NCBI GenBank assembly: GCA_946408655.1
Contig: CAMJTE010000002.1
Coordinates: forward strand, 1 to 44,551
Reading direction: 5' to 3'
Length of the DNA stretch: 44,551 nt
DNA from: an uncultured Bacillales bacterium
Lineage (GTDB): Bacteria; Bacillota_I; Bacilli_A; RF39; UBA660
Part shown: positions 9,530 through 24,200 of the stretch, piece after piece
Layout of the letters: the number at the start of each line of letters is the position of its first letter
Numbering within the stretch: position 1 is the first letter of the stretch
Program-made: the position numbers and the translations under genes
Notes under the pieces: model-generated
The model's input: the letters and a program-made list of their open reading frames with translations, nothing else
Told to the model about the DNA's origin: nothing
The model's database searches: none

Positions 9530-10257
9530 TGACAGATGTATTTATAATAATAACTATTCTTTTTGTTATGTCAGTAATAATATTCTTTCTTATAAAAAAA
9601 ACAGTTAAGGATATTAATCATAACTCAAAAGAATACTATTTATTGAAATTACAAGACTATGATAATTTGATTAGTGATAATAAGGAAAAGCAAATAAATA
9701 CAAAGGTCGAAGAAAATGTGATAAACAGAGATTTGACTTCTGTAAAAGAATCATCAGAAAAAGTGCTGCTTGAATCAAATCCTGAATATCAGATCGATGA
9801 TTTTTTAAAGTTAGCTAAAGATGTAGATAAAGAGTTTAATATTGATGTTAATGAAATTATACGTAATTTTTTGGATAAAAAAATAATTGATACTAGTATG
9901 AATTATTTTTCTAATTTAGTATTGGTAAAGAAAAAAATTAATAGTATTGGATTATATAATCTTGCAGTAGATTTAAATGGACTTAAGAAGTTATTAACAG
10001 AGGTTAATCAGATCGATGAATTAATAGTAAATAAATATAAAAGTTCATCGTATGAAAAAAGTATCATGGGATTCTATAATTTTTTAAAAAGCGAAATTAA
10101 TTATAATGATCCTATCATATATATAGAAGTAGGAGATAAGAACATTAGTTTTAATAATGTTAATGATAATATAAAAACAGTCTATAATCCTAATATTTAT
10201 AAGGGAATAATAATTAAATACAAAAATAATATGTATGATTATAGTTTAAGTTTTTAA
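9529..10257 (+). CDS. Single-pass membrane protein in the b/delta position (peripheral-stalk candidate)
   Basis: The ATG overlaps the c-like stop by 1 nt (TAATG). It has an N-terminal TM (VFIIITILFVMSVIIFFLI), a charged helical region and then a globular C-terminal part. The assignment rests on its position between c and alpha, as in atp operons; no sequence motif was recognised. Confidence 0.5.
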
Positions 10258-10266
10258 GGAGGATAT

Positions 10267-11590
10267 ATGGATAAAAATGGGGAATTAAGTTCTATAAACG
10301 AACAGATTAATAAAATAAAAAATGAAAATAATAAATATACTTTAGGAAATATTATTTATATTCAAGATTATATTATTCATGTTATTGGACTAGATGATGC
10401 CTTCTTTTTTGAAAGAGTAGTTATAGGTACAGATAACATAGGATATATCACTAAAATTGAAGCAACTTATGCAGTGGTTGCAATTATAAAGAAGAATGGT
10501 GAAATATCTGTTGGTGATAGTGTTCATAGAACTAATGAACCATTTTTAGGTATATATTCTAATAGTGCGATAGGACGTGTTATTGATATATTTGGAGTAG
10601 ATAGGTTGACTGATAAAAAGTTTAAAGATATCTTAAAATTAAATATTGAAACTACCAATATTCCGATTGTTAATAGGGCTAAAGTATCAAGACCACTATT
10701 AACAGGAATTACAGGTATTGATTTGATATATCCAATCGGTAAAGGACAAAGACAATTAATAATCGGAGATAAAAAAACAGGGAAAACACAAATATGTATA
10801 GATACAATTGTTAATCAAAATGATAAAGGGGTTATATGTATCTATAATGCAATTGGTAAAACAAAAAAAGAAGTAAAGCAAATTTATTATGAATTATTAA
10901 AGCGTGGGGCAATGAAATATACTGTTATAATTGCTGCGTTCTATGAGGATGCACCAACTGTTTTAACTCTTACCCCTTATTTTGCTTTATCAGTAGCTCA
11001 ATTATATATGAGTAATAAATATGATGTTTTAGTTGTTATTGATGATTTGAAAAAGCATGCAGATGCTTATAGAGAAATAGGTCTTATGTCTTCTAAAACT
11101 CCAGGACGTGATGCATATCCTGCTGATATATTTTATTTTCACTCTAGACTATTAGAAAAAGGTTGTCAACATAAAAATGGAGGAAGTATCTCTATATTAC
11201 CAATAATGGAAACAAAATCAGGAGATATTACAGATTATATATCTACAAATATTATATCTATTACAGATGGTCAAATTGTATTATCATCAAAGAACTTTGA
11301 TAAAGGGGAAAGACCAGCAATCGATTACGGTCTTTCTGTATCTAGATTAGGCGGAGCAGTACAGGATGCTAATATGAAAAAATTGGGTGCCAAGGTAAGA
11401 AGTAAACTGCTTACATATTTAGAAACTAGAGATATATATGAACTTGCAAATGCCGATGAAATGACAGATGAGTTAAGAAATAGATTATTTGAAGGTAAGA
11501 AGATTGTGGATGCATTAAAGCAATATAAATATAGTCCTATTACTCCAAATGAAATGATGGAAAAACTTAAATTTGTAGAAGAGGAAAATA

Positions 11591-11598
<8 letters not shown>
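10267..11598 (+). CDS. F1-ATPase alpha-subunit-like protein (443 aa, shortened)
   Basis: Walker A GDKKTGKT (canonical GDRQTGKT). Further matches to alpha-subunit signatures are DDLKKHADAYREIGLMSSKTPGRDAYPADIFYFHSRLLEKG, GSISILPIMETKSGDITDYISTNIISITDGQIVL and RPAIDYGLSVSRLGGAVQ. Confidence 0.9.
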
Positions 11599-13942
<2,344 letters not shown>

Positions 13943-13943
13943 A

Positions 13944-14471
13944 ATGTTAGACTATTTAAATAAAATTATTAATTATTTTCCATTCTTTATTTCTTTTTTT
14001 GTAATAATTATATTTTTATCTGTTATTTTGGATAAAGTTATGAAGAAGAATAAAAATAATATTAAAATTTTTGGATTATTTATGGGATTAAGCAATAGAA
14101 ATATATTATCATTGACATTTATTACTACTTCTTACATATTTTTTATATGGCAGTTATTCTCTAAATCAGTTGATTTAGTAACACTCGGTGTGATTTTTAC
14201 ATGTTTTGTTTTAACAGATATAGTTTCAAAACAATATATAAAAATTATTTTTTCCATAATAAGCTCTGTATTACTTTATCTAGGATTATATTGTAAATGT
14301 GTTTTCTATGATTATATAACAACTATTCACTCATCATTCATCGAAATTATATTATTAATACTTTTAGTTTTATTTTTATTCTTCTATATAAGTTATTTTT
14401 TAATCAAGAAGGCTGACTATATAGTTGTCCAAAATAAATATATAAAAAAAATGAATGGTAAAGATTCTTAA
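13944..14471 (+). CDS. Polytopic membrane protein (175 aa, ~5 predicted TM helices), unknown family
   Basis: It starts 1 nt after the epsilon-like stop and has an SD AAGGAG. The sequence is highly hydrophobic. No a-subunit signature (conserved Arg in LRLFGN context) was recognised. Confidence 0.7.
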   Translation: MLDYLNKIINYFPFFISFFVIIIFLSVILDKVMKKNKNNIKIFGLFMGLSNRNILSLTFITTSYIFFIWQLFSKSVDLVTLGVIFTCFVLTDIVSKQYIKIIFSIISSVLLYLGLYCKCVFYDYITTIHSSFIEIILLILLVLFLFFYISYFLIKKADYIVVQNKYIKKMNGKDS

Positions 14472-14486
14472 ATTTAAGGAGGAATT

Positions 14487-15206
14487 ATGAATATTAGCAA
14501 ATTACTTAATAATAAGTTATTTAAAGTTATAATTGGTTTAATACTTACTATTTTTCTAGCACTTATTATTTTTATGGTAATAAGAATTAATAATAAAGAG
14601 TATAAATATGAAATTCAAGATGAGAAAGTTTACACTTATATTGGTGAGAGAAAATATGAGTATAATTCTAAGATTACAGTAGATGCAACTGGAAGTGTAT
14701 CTAAGATAAAAAGTAAACGTGCTTCTTTAGAAATATCTTCATATCCAATATATTATACAACAAAAAAACAAGTTGTATTTGCATCAAAAATGGCTTTGAT
14801 AAATCCACTTAATGATATCTCACAAAACTCGACACAAAAAATTTTTACAATTAATAGAACAATAAATAATGTTTATATGAATAGTAATGGTAAAGAGATA
14901 GATGTTGGTGAATACTTCTTATTCAATGGGAATGATATGTATTTTTTCTTAGATAGTGTCGATATTTCATTTAATAATTATAAAGAGACATTACCACCTT
15001 TTTCATACGTTATACATGATATGGCAAATGAATTATATATATATAATTATGATAGAGATGAAATTAATAAATTTAAAGAAATTACATCAGATGTTATAAT
15101 TAGCACAAGTAATTATTCAATTAATTTAGCTGATGATTCGGTTAAATGTGGTGATAACGAGGCTCTTTTAATTAAAAATATTGAATTTTTAGATTCATTA
15201 GAATAA
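14487..15206 (+). CDS. Membrane-anchored protein (239 aa) consisting of the anchor plus the stand-alone juxtamembrane module
   Basis: SD AAGGAGG. The N-terminal anchor is FKVIIGLILTIFLALIIFMVI. The rest resembles the first ~200 extracytoplasmic residues of the 1769-, 478- and 3135-aa proteins (alignment by eye). Confidence 0.7.
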   Translation: MNISKLLNNKLFKVIIGLILTIFLALIIFMVIRINNKEYKYEIQDEKVYTYIGERKYEYNSKITVDATGSVSKIKSKRASLEISSYPIYYTTKKQVVFASKMALINPLNDISQNSTQKIFTINRTINNVYMNSNGKEIDVGEYFLFNGNDMYFFLDSVDISFNNYKETLPPFSYVIHDMANELYIYNYDRDEINKFKEITSDVIISTSNYSINLADDSVKCGDNEALLIKNIEFLDSLE

Positions 15207-15225
15207 TGATATTGGTGGTGATTTG

Positions 15226-18200
15226 ATGAAAAAGATTATGGTATCTATCGGTGTATTATTTATTATAATGATAATTATTTTAATATTATCATTTACTAAG
15301 ATTGGTTTTTTCCCAGAAGATGGATATATAATAATGTCATCAAAATTGGAGGCAAGTCTGTTAAATGGTGACGGAACAACTGTAAAGGTATATAAAATAA
15401 ATAGAAATCAAAATATTTATAAAAGGTGGAATAATATATACGTTGGGGAAAATAATAAGAAAAAGATTTATGATGAAACCCCACTGTTCTCACAAGATAA
15501 ATCAAGGATTATTAACTTGTTTTCTGAAGGTAATGCAATTAGCAGTAATTATGAAAAAGAAAAACTATATAAAAATATAGCACTCTCGAATGGTAGATTA
15601 TATAATTATCACGATATGAAAACAGTTGATGATAATAACTACATATTCATGGAATTAGATAATAACATATTTATAAATTCATATGACGTTGAAGTAAATA
15701 CTTTACTTACTAAAACTATAATCCCAAAAAGTTCATTTATATATTTTCTAAAAGATGAGATTAGATATTATTATTATAAAGATGGTAAATATATATATGA
15801 TACAATAGTTGGAGTAGATTTAAATAGTAATATTATAATTAATGAAAATAATACTATTTATTATGATTTTTTAGATAAACTTGGGGTTTTTTCAAAAAAA
15901 CAGAATGAACCAGATAAAGAAATAGAGCAAGATGAAAATAGTGACCAGAATAGTCAAAATATTAATGAAGAGAAAAAAAAAGATAATAGTACTTCGGAAG
16001 AATATATTGCTCCTAGTGTTAAATTATCCAATATGACTACACAAACTTATTCTGCATATTTTAACTTATTAATTAATGATTCACAAGATAGAATAAAAAA
16101 AACAGTTACTATCGAATTTATAAAAGATGGTAAAACATATTATAAAAAATCTTATAAGGATTCTAATAATTATGATGTTTTAGGATTATATCCAAATCAA
16201 GAGTATAGAGTTGTTGGTAGTTATGTTTATAATAATAAAAATAATAACTTAGTTAAAGTTGAGTTTTTTAATGAGATTATTAAGACTAAAAATATTGATA
16301 ATAAAACTATTAAATTTGATTATCAGATTGAAAACAATTACTCAAATAAACTTAATATAAACAAATTACAATTAAATATTGATGACAAAGATTTATTAAG
16401 TGGTATATCTGCAATTGGAGTTAAAATAGATAATAGGGAAATATTATTGGATTCTAAAAGTACAAATGATATTAAAAACGGAAATAGTGTTAAACTCTCC
16501 ACTGGAGAGGTGTTAAAATCAAATACAAAATATGACTTTGAATTTGTCGCTTATGATATTGCGCAAAATGAAATTCCAATTAGTAATGGTAAACAAAGTT
16601 ATACCACATCAAAGAAAATTCCAACATTTAAGGTTAGTATCAATAAAAAATCATATAGTACAGCAGATATTAATGTCGAACTAATAAACAGAGATGATGT
16701 AAAACTTAATAATGTTAGATATGTATTAAAAGCTAATTCGAGTGGGGATGCAATGATAAATGATGTTAATTTAAGCGGGGATACATCAATCATTAAATTA
16801 ACCAAATTAGATGAAGATAATATATACAATATACAAATAATTGGTGATTATGATTTAGCGGATGGTAATGGCATTGTAAAGAATGCTATTTTGAAAGATA
16901 ATATTGAGTTTGTAACTGAATCATTAAAGAATCATCCTATCTATTATGAATTTATAGCAAATGATATAACATCTAATAGTGCAGATATAAAGTTACAATT
17001 GAACAACTATTATAAAAATGATTTAATCAATCAATTAATCTCAGATATAAAGATCAAATTGTCTGAGACAGAGGATTATATAGTTTTGACTCCCGATGAA
17101 GTGAATGAAATTAAATTAGGGAAACAAGTTAATATAAAGTTTGATAATTTGAAATCTAATAATGAATATAGATTAGAGATAGACACAAAATTAACTGAAG
17201 CTGATAAAAAATTAAATGTTAAATCAAAAATTAAGTCCGATTCTTTTACAACATTTAAGAAAAAACCTGAAGTATCGTTTACAAATTTATTTACTGCTAA
17301 ACATTATATTAACATAGAATATATGGTAGATGATAAGGATGAAGCATTATATAATGGAAAAGCTTACTTAAAAGTTTATAAAATCGATAGTAATTCTTGC
17401 GTTGATGAGAATGATCTTGGATGTGAAATTGAATCAACAGTTTATAGTGAACTAATTAGTACAAAAAATGGGGAAAAAATCGGAAATATCGAAATTAACA
17501 AATTAGACCCTGGAATTTATAAGATAGAAGTAATCGCAAAAAAATTATCTGGCCTCATTGAAAATAATGGTTCTAATAAAACAATTGCTAGTATACAGTT
17601 TAAGACAAATGATGCTATTGATGGAAATATAAATCTAAATTATTTAATGAAAAAATCAGATGGAATTAATTTATTTGACATTAATGATTCTGAAAAAATA
17701 AAATATCTACTTACTGGTACAGATGCATCTGCTAACTATAAAATGAATTTAAAAAATAATACTATAGAAATGAATGTTACAAATGGTAAGGCCATATTTA
17801 AGTTGTATATGCCAGAGTATAATAACAAAATACTTAGAATGTCATATATACCAACGATTGAAACTGATTCACAAAATGCTCAAATAAAGATAATATGTAC
17901 AGGGAATAAATGTACTGACAAAGCATTAGTTGCAAATAATACAAGAGAATATGTAGATGTTAAAGTATTAAATAATTATATTTCATTTGATATTAGTGTT
18001 CCAGATTCAACAAATGAAAATATTAAATTAATTTTAAAGGATTTAATGATATCGGAAACTGATTCTATTGATTATTCCCCTTATAAATCTAATAATAAAT
18101 TTATTGGCAGTTTTAATATTATTGGTAATGAACTAGATTCCATTAGATATGTTACAAGGATACACGATTATAAGAATGATATAGATATAAGTGATAATAT

Positions 18201-21200
18201 AATTGAATGTATAGGAGATGATTATTGTAATTATAATTATTTTGATTTTAAGAGAGCTTTACATTATAGTGTAGATTTGTATGTGATAGATGAAAATACA
18301 TCTTTAGAGTATAAAATAGATGAATTATCATTTACAACTGAGAAGGAAATTAGGAGTATTAATAATATTAAAGAGTTTTTTGCAGTTCATACCAAAGGAA
18401 GTTATATTGTAAATGAGGATCTTGATGTATCTAGTGTTAGTAATTCAATTCCTCAGTTTTCGGGTAGTATAGATTTTAATGGGCATAAAATAATTACAGA
18501 TATTTCAAAAAGAAATACTATATTTGGCCACCTAGGTAGTAGTGCTGTAATCAAAAACTTTGTATTAGATATTAAGTGTGCAAATAAAATACCTAATGGT
18601 GTGTATGTGTTAAACACATATAATGATGGAAAAATTGAAAATTTTATTGTCAATTATTTAGAAGAGAATTATATGTATGATGATACACCAAATAAAGTTG
18701 ACACTTTTGTTACAGCATATAATAATGGAATAATTCAAAACTTTATTATTAATTTTAAAAAAACATTTACCGTTAATTATATTTTTTCAGCTCTTTCTTA
18801 TTCAAATACTAATATAATTAGAAATGGATATTTGTATGGAAAAAATATAAAACTTGTACCATCTACAACATATAATTCTATATATACAGTTGGACTAGTT
18901 TCTATATATTCTTCAGGCGATATTTATAATATTTTTTCAACTGTTGGTATAGATAGTGATTATAATTTTGAAGGTACACAATATAATGTTAATACGATCG
19001 GTACACTTGTTGCTAGTAATCAAAAAAATGTCTCAAATGTTTATTTATATACAAGTGGAAAATTTAAGTTCAAAAACGATGTTGTAATTGGGGCTTATAA
19101 TAACACATCAACAAAAGTAACAAATACATACTATATAGCTGAAAATAGTATTACAGATAATAGAGATAGAAAATCTGTTCGAACTTTTAAATCATCTTTA
19201 TTATCGCCAGAATTTCATAAGAATACCTTGAATGATAAAAATGAAAAAATATTTAATATTACGAATAATGTAATAAATGGCTATTATCCACAGCTAAGAC
19301 TTAGTAACTCAATGCCAAGACAGGATTTAATTGAACTCCCTACAGTGAATACAAATATTGGAGATATCGATTTTGTAAATATTAAAAACACAAATGCTTG
19401 TTATGATAAATATGATTATTATAGTGACAATCCTAGGTATATACATGAATGCAACTTATTAAAGGATAGTAATTATCTTAAAAGTTTAAATAGTAATTAT
19501 ACTGATGAGGAGATTAATTCCATTGTAAGTAAAGTTGAAAATAACAATTATGAATATATTGTTGAAGTAAATTTTGACAATAAAGAGCTAAAACCCATTA
19601 ACAGTATTTCTATTGATAAAATTAATAAAATAGATATATTATCGCAGTATAATGATGTTGAAACAGGATACGTTGTTGCTATATTAGGATTAAAAGATAT
19701 ACAGCAATATAAATCGCTTTATACACTAACAAGTATTAATGGTGTAGATATAAGTAATAGGTATATTGAGCTTGAATTATATAAGTTAATTGCTACAAGT
19801 AAAAATAATGAAGAAAATATTAATTCATTTATTAATGCAATTCAAAATCCTGGAAGCTATGTTCTTATGAATGATATAGATTTTAAGAATTCTAAATATA
19901 ACTCAGTGATAGTTAATAATGCAAATATTGATGCAAATAACCATAAATTTACAAATTTAGAAAATGGAACATTGTTTAAAGAATTAAACTTTTCTACATT
20001 AAAAAATTTAAATATTGATAATTATAATTATAAGTTTGATATCGGAAATAATTATGGTGGTTTTATAGGTCAAGCAAATTATTCTACAATTGACAATGTT
20101 CATATTAATAATGGTAAGTTTCAAATTGATAATTCGTTTGGAACAATAGTTTATTCTACAATGCAAACTTATATTAAGAACTCTTCTGTTAAAAATTCAG
20201 ATATTATTTCTAAAGAAAACAATAACTCATATAGATATGTTGGAGGAATATCAGGATATAATCAATATTCTAGGATTACTAATTGCTTTGTTTCTAATCT
20301 AAATATTGATGTGGAGACAAATACAAATTTTATTGGCGGAATAACTGCATATACTTCTGATTCAAGAACATTAGTTTCTAATACATATAGTGATGGAGTA
20401 ATTAAGTCGTATGGAAATATGATAGGGGGGATTGTCGGAAATAATAGCGGTACTATAAATAATTCGTATTCAAAAATGACGCTTTTTACTAGTGGGAACA
20501 AAATTGGAGGAATTGCTGGTGAATCATCATCATTCTATGTAAGTAATAATTTATTTTTAGGAAATATAATAAATACTAGTGAAAACGATGATGTAAGGGC
20601 AATTGTTGGAAATTTGGATATAAGCTCAAGTAATTATTTATATGATAAATCTAGAATAGACAGTAATTATAGTTGGACTGGAGAGTTGATAATTGATTCT
20701 GAAACTTTAAAATCATTATTGTTCTACACTAAATTAATAAATTATAGCGATTCATATAAAATTGATGATTCTATATCAAATGAAATTTTACCTAAATTAT
20801 TCTTTGATTCAAGAAATGATTATTTAGTTCCTAATCAAGATGATTTGTATGTAAATAATAATGCCTCATCAAGTATTAATTTCTCTTTGAAAAATTTTGA
20901 ATATCGTGAAGATGAGAATGAATTTAGCGTTATATTAAGCGTGGATAATTATTTAGATTTTGATAGTTTAGATTTTAAAGACATTGATGTTATATCTGAT
21001 GGATTAAAATACAAATCTAATTCTTATAAAGATGGAATTTTAGAAATAGTATTTACTCCAAAACTATATTTAGATTATTATATGATTAGTTCGATAAATA
21101 GAATTAATATTAATGGTAATGAAATAGATTCTAATAAAGTTGATATAAGTATTGATAAAAAAATTTATAAAAGAATATCATCTGTAAATGATTGGATGAA

Positions 21201-24200
21201 TATTGATGGAGTGGCACAAAATTACATTTTAACGGATGATTTAGATTTTTCAGATTACGCTAATAATTCAAAAATAGTTAATAAGAACATTAATAGATTA
21301 GAATGTGAAAAAGAAGATTATTGTATGATTCAAAATATAGAAAGTAATATAAACCATTCATTGATAAATCATTTATTAATTTCTGTTTCAAAAGTTTATT
21401 TTAAAAATATTAGGTTAAATTCCGCTTTAACTGATAATTATGGAATCATTAATACTTTGTACGGTTCCATTAATAATGTAGTATTTGATGAAATAAATAT
21501 AACTGGTTTTGAAGGTGTTGGAATAATTGCGAATGATTATTCATATAATATATCTAATATTAATATGAATAATATTGAAATTACAGGTGCATCAAATATT
21601 GGTGGTTTATCTGGAATTTCTTATAACAAGGAAATGAAAAATATAAATGCTAAGAGTATAAACATAAATGTTAAGAGAGACAATGATAAAGAAAATAGTA
21701 ATATTGGTGGCTTAATTGGAGATAACTATGTTTTTGGTGCTGATTCAAAGGCTTATCAATCTAATGTTAATTTATCTTGTTTAAATATTAGGTACTCTGA
21801 TAATAATAGTTATAACAATAGTACTATAAAGAATGTTGGAGGATTAATAGGTCAGGGAAGAGTTATTACTAACGCAACAATAGATGGATGTGATGATGGG
21901 ACTCCTTCAATAATTAATCTTCCAAATGCTAATAATATTGGTGGTTATGCAGGCTTTCTTCCTGAAAACGCATTAGGATATAGTGGTATTGGGGGTGGAG
22001 AAGAATCTGCAATTAAAGAAAAATATACATCATTTAACATTTCAAATACTTTTATAAATGGTGGAGATTCTGTAGGTGGTTATGTTGGTTCTATGGATAT
22101 AGGTACATATATAATTACTAATGTTAAAGTTTCAAATAATACAATAGTAAGTGGTAAAAATAGTGTTGGAGGTATAATTGGTAGCTGTAAAGATGTAGTC
22201 TTTAATAATATATTTGTTGATGGGATAACTGTTAACGCATCAGCTGATAATGCTGGAGGAATTGTTGGTAAAGGTTATACATATAATACGGATGTTGCTG
22301 TTAAAGATAGCACTGTCATCGCAAATAATAATGCTGGAGGAATTACCGGATATTTATATGTTTTATCATTTGGACATCCTCAGTCTAGAATAATAGTAGA
22401 AAATACGAATATTACAGCAAGGAGAAATAATGCTGGAGGTTTAGCGGGGGCATTTTATTCTCCACAATCTTCTGGTATAAATGCATTGACCAATGCGTCA
22501 ATTACAAACACAAAAAATTGTAGGATTAAAAGTTATACCAATTCTGGTGGAGCCGTAGGATATTATAATAATATTAATGCAAATGGGGCTTATAATTATT
22601 TAGAACTATATGGCATTCACATATTAAATTACGATATAGAATCTACAAGCGGCTATGCTGGAGGTTTGTTAGGTGCTTATGCAAATGATACTAATACAAT
22701 ATTAAATCATACAATATATAATAAAAATTATACAAATATTATATATGCTAATATCTATTCACCTATTCATTCCGAAAATCTGTATCCTGCTTTAAAAGAT
22801 TATAATAGTGATAGCGGCAATTATGTAAATAATTATGTTTATAAGTACAATAAAATAGTAAATGGCGATGAAACATATAAAGTAAATGATAAAAATATTG
22901 ATAATAGTGATATTGAAATTAACAAGTCAACAGGAAATTATTTGTTTACTTATGCTGATGTAAATATGTTTAAAGATGAAACCATTTATGATAAAGCATT
23001 TTTTGATATAAGTAATATTAATACTCATTTTCCAAAAATTATTTTTAGTTCATCCGGAAATGTATCGTTAAATAACTTTAGTCAGATTCCATATCCTGAT
23101 CAAAGTAGTTTAACATCATTAAATTCTTCAATGTCTAATAATAGTAGTGCGCTAAATATTACATATACTGCCAGCAATTACAATCAAACATTAGATATAC
23201 CAGATATATATGTATATCCAAGTGATGTAGATAAAATAAATATTGATTTTTCTGGTTACAATCAAGACCTAAAATTTAAAATTAATGATGGCGATTACAA
23301 GGTCATTGATAAGAAGACTTATACGTTATATTATAATTATTTAGAGAATTTTACTATTACTATTACTGATGGATTTAATAATTATAAATATGATTATAAA
23401 AAAGAAGATTTAATAAATGATGTATTTACTTTAGATAAAAATTATTACATTCTTAAAGAGAATAATCTTATAACAAATGATAATCTTATTGGAAATTATA
23501 TTCATATATTTAACGGGAAGTTGTTAACAAATGATAGTAAGGTAGTAGATTTATCTGATAAATCTGAATATACAATTCCATATAGCAATTTTGAAGAAAC
23601 AACTCAAAAACCATTATATGAAATTAGGTATCAAGATGATATAATAGAAACATACTACTCATATAGTGATATAAGTGGTACTATAAAAAATAATATAGAA
23701 TTCTTATCAAAGAGTAATGAAATATATATGATATCTGCGTTTGGTATTGATACAAATATAAAAAGTAAAAACTTTATAATTGATTCTTATAATGGAAGCA
23801 AGTATGAAGTTGTATTAAAGAATGGAAAATTATATAATTTATATGATAATTTATTATTCCCTGATGGATTTATTAATGAAGGAATAAAATCTATTTCTAA
23901 TAATATTGATGGAAATTCTGATTTAATTGCTGTTTTATATGACAATGGAAACTATATGTGTTTTAACTATAAAACAAAAGAAATAATTACATCAAATAAA
24001 AATAGTTATGAACCTATTACGAATTATTTGGGAAGAAACCTAAAAAGGTCAATTACGTATAAAGCAAATGCGTTAAATAATGTTCCAAATGAAAATATTG
24101 AGTCATATAATGAAAGTAATAAGTTGGTTGATAAGTTAAATGAAAATCCTATTGTTAATGTAGTTGAGAACAATTCAGATAATATCAAAGATATTAATAT

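Noticed and set aside
13944-14471. The 175-aa polytopic membrane protein as a degenerate a subunit (atpB)
   Set aside because: It is too short, it is in the wrong operon position (after epsilon), and I see no conserved Arg-containing LRLFGN-like helix. It is left as unknown. Only a structure or profile search could revive the idea.
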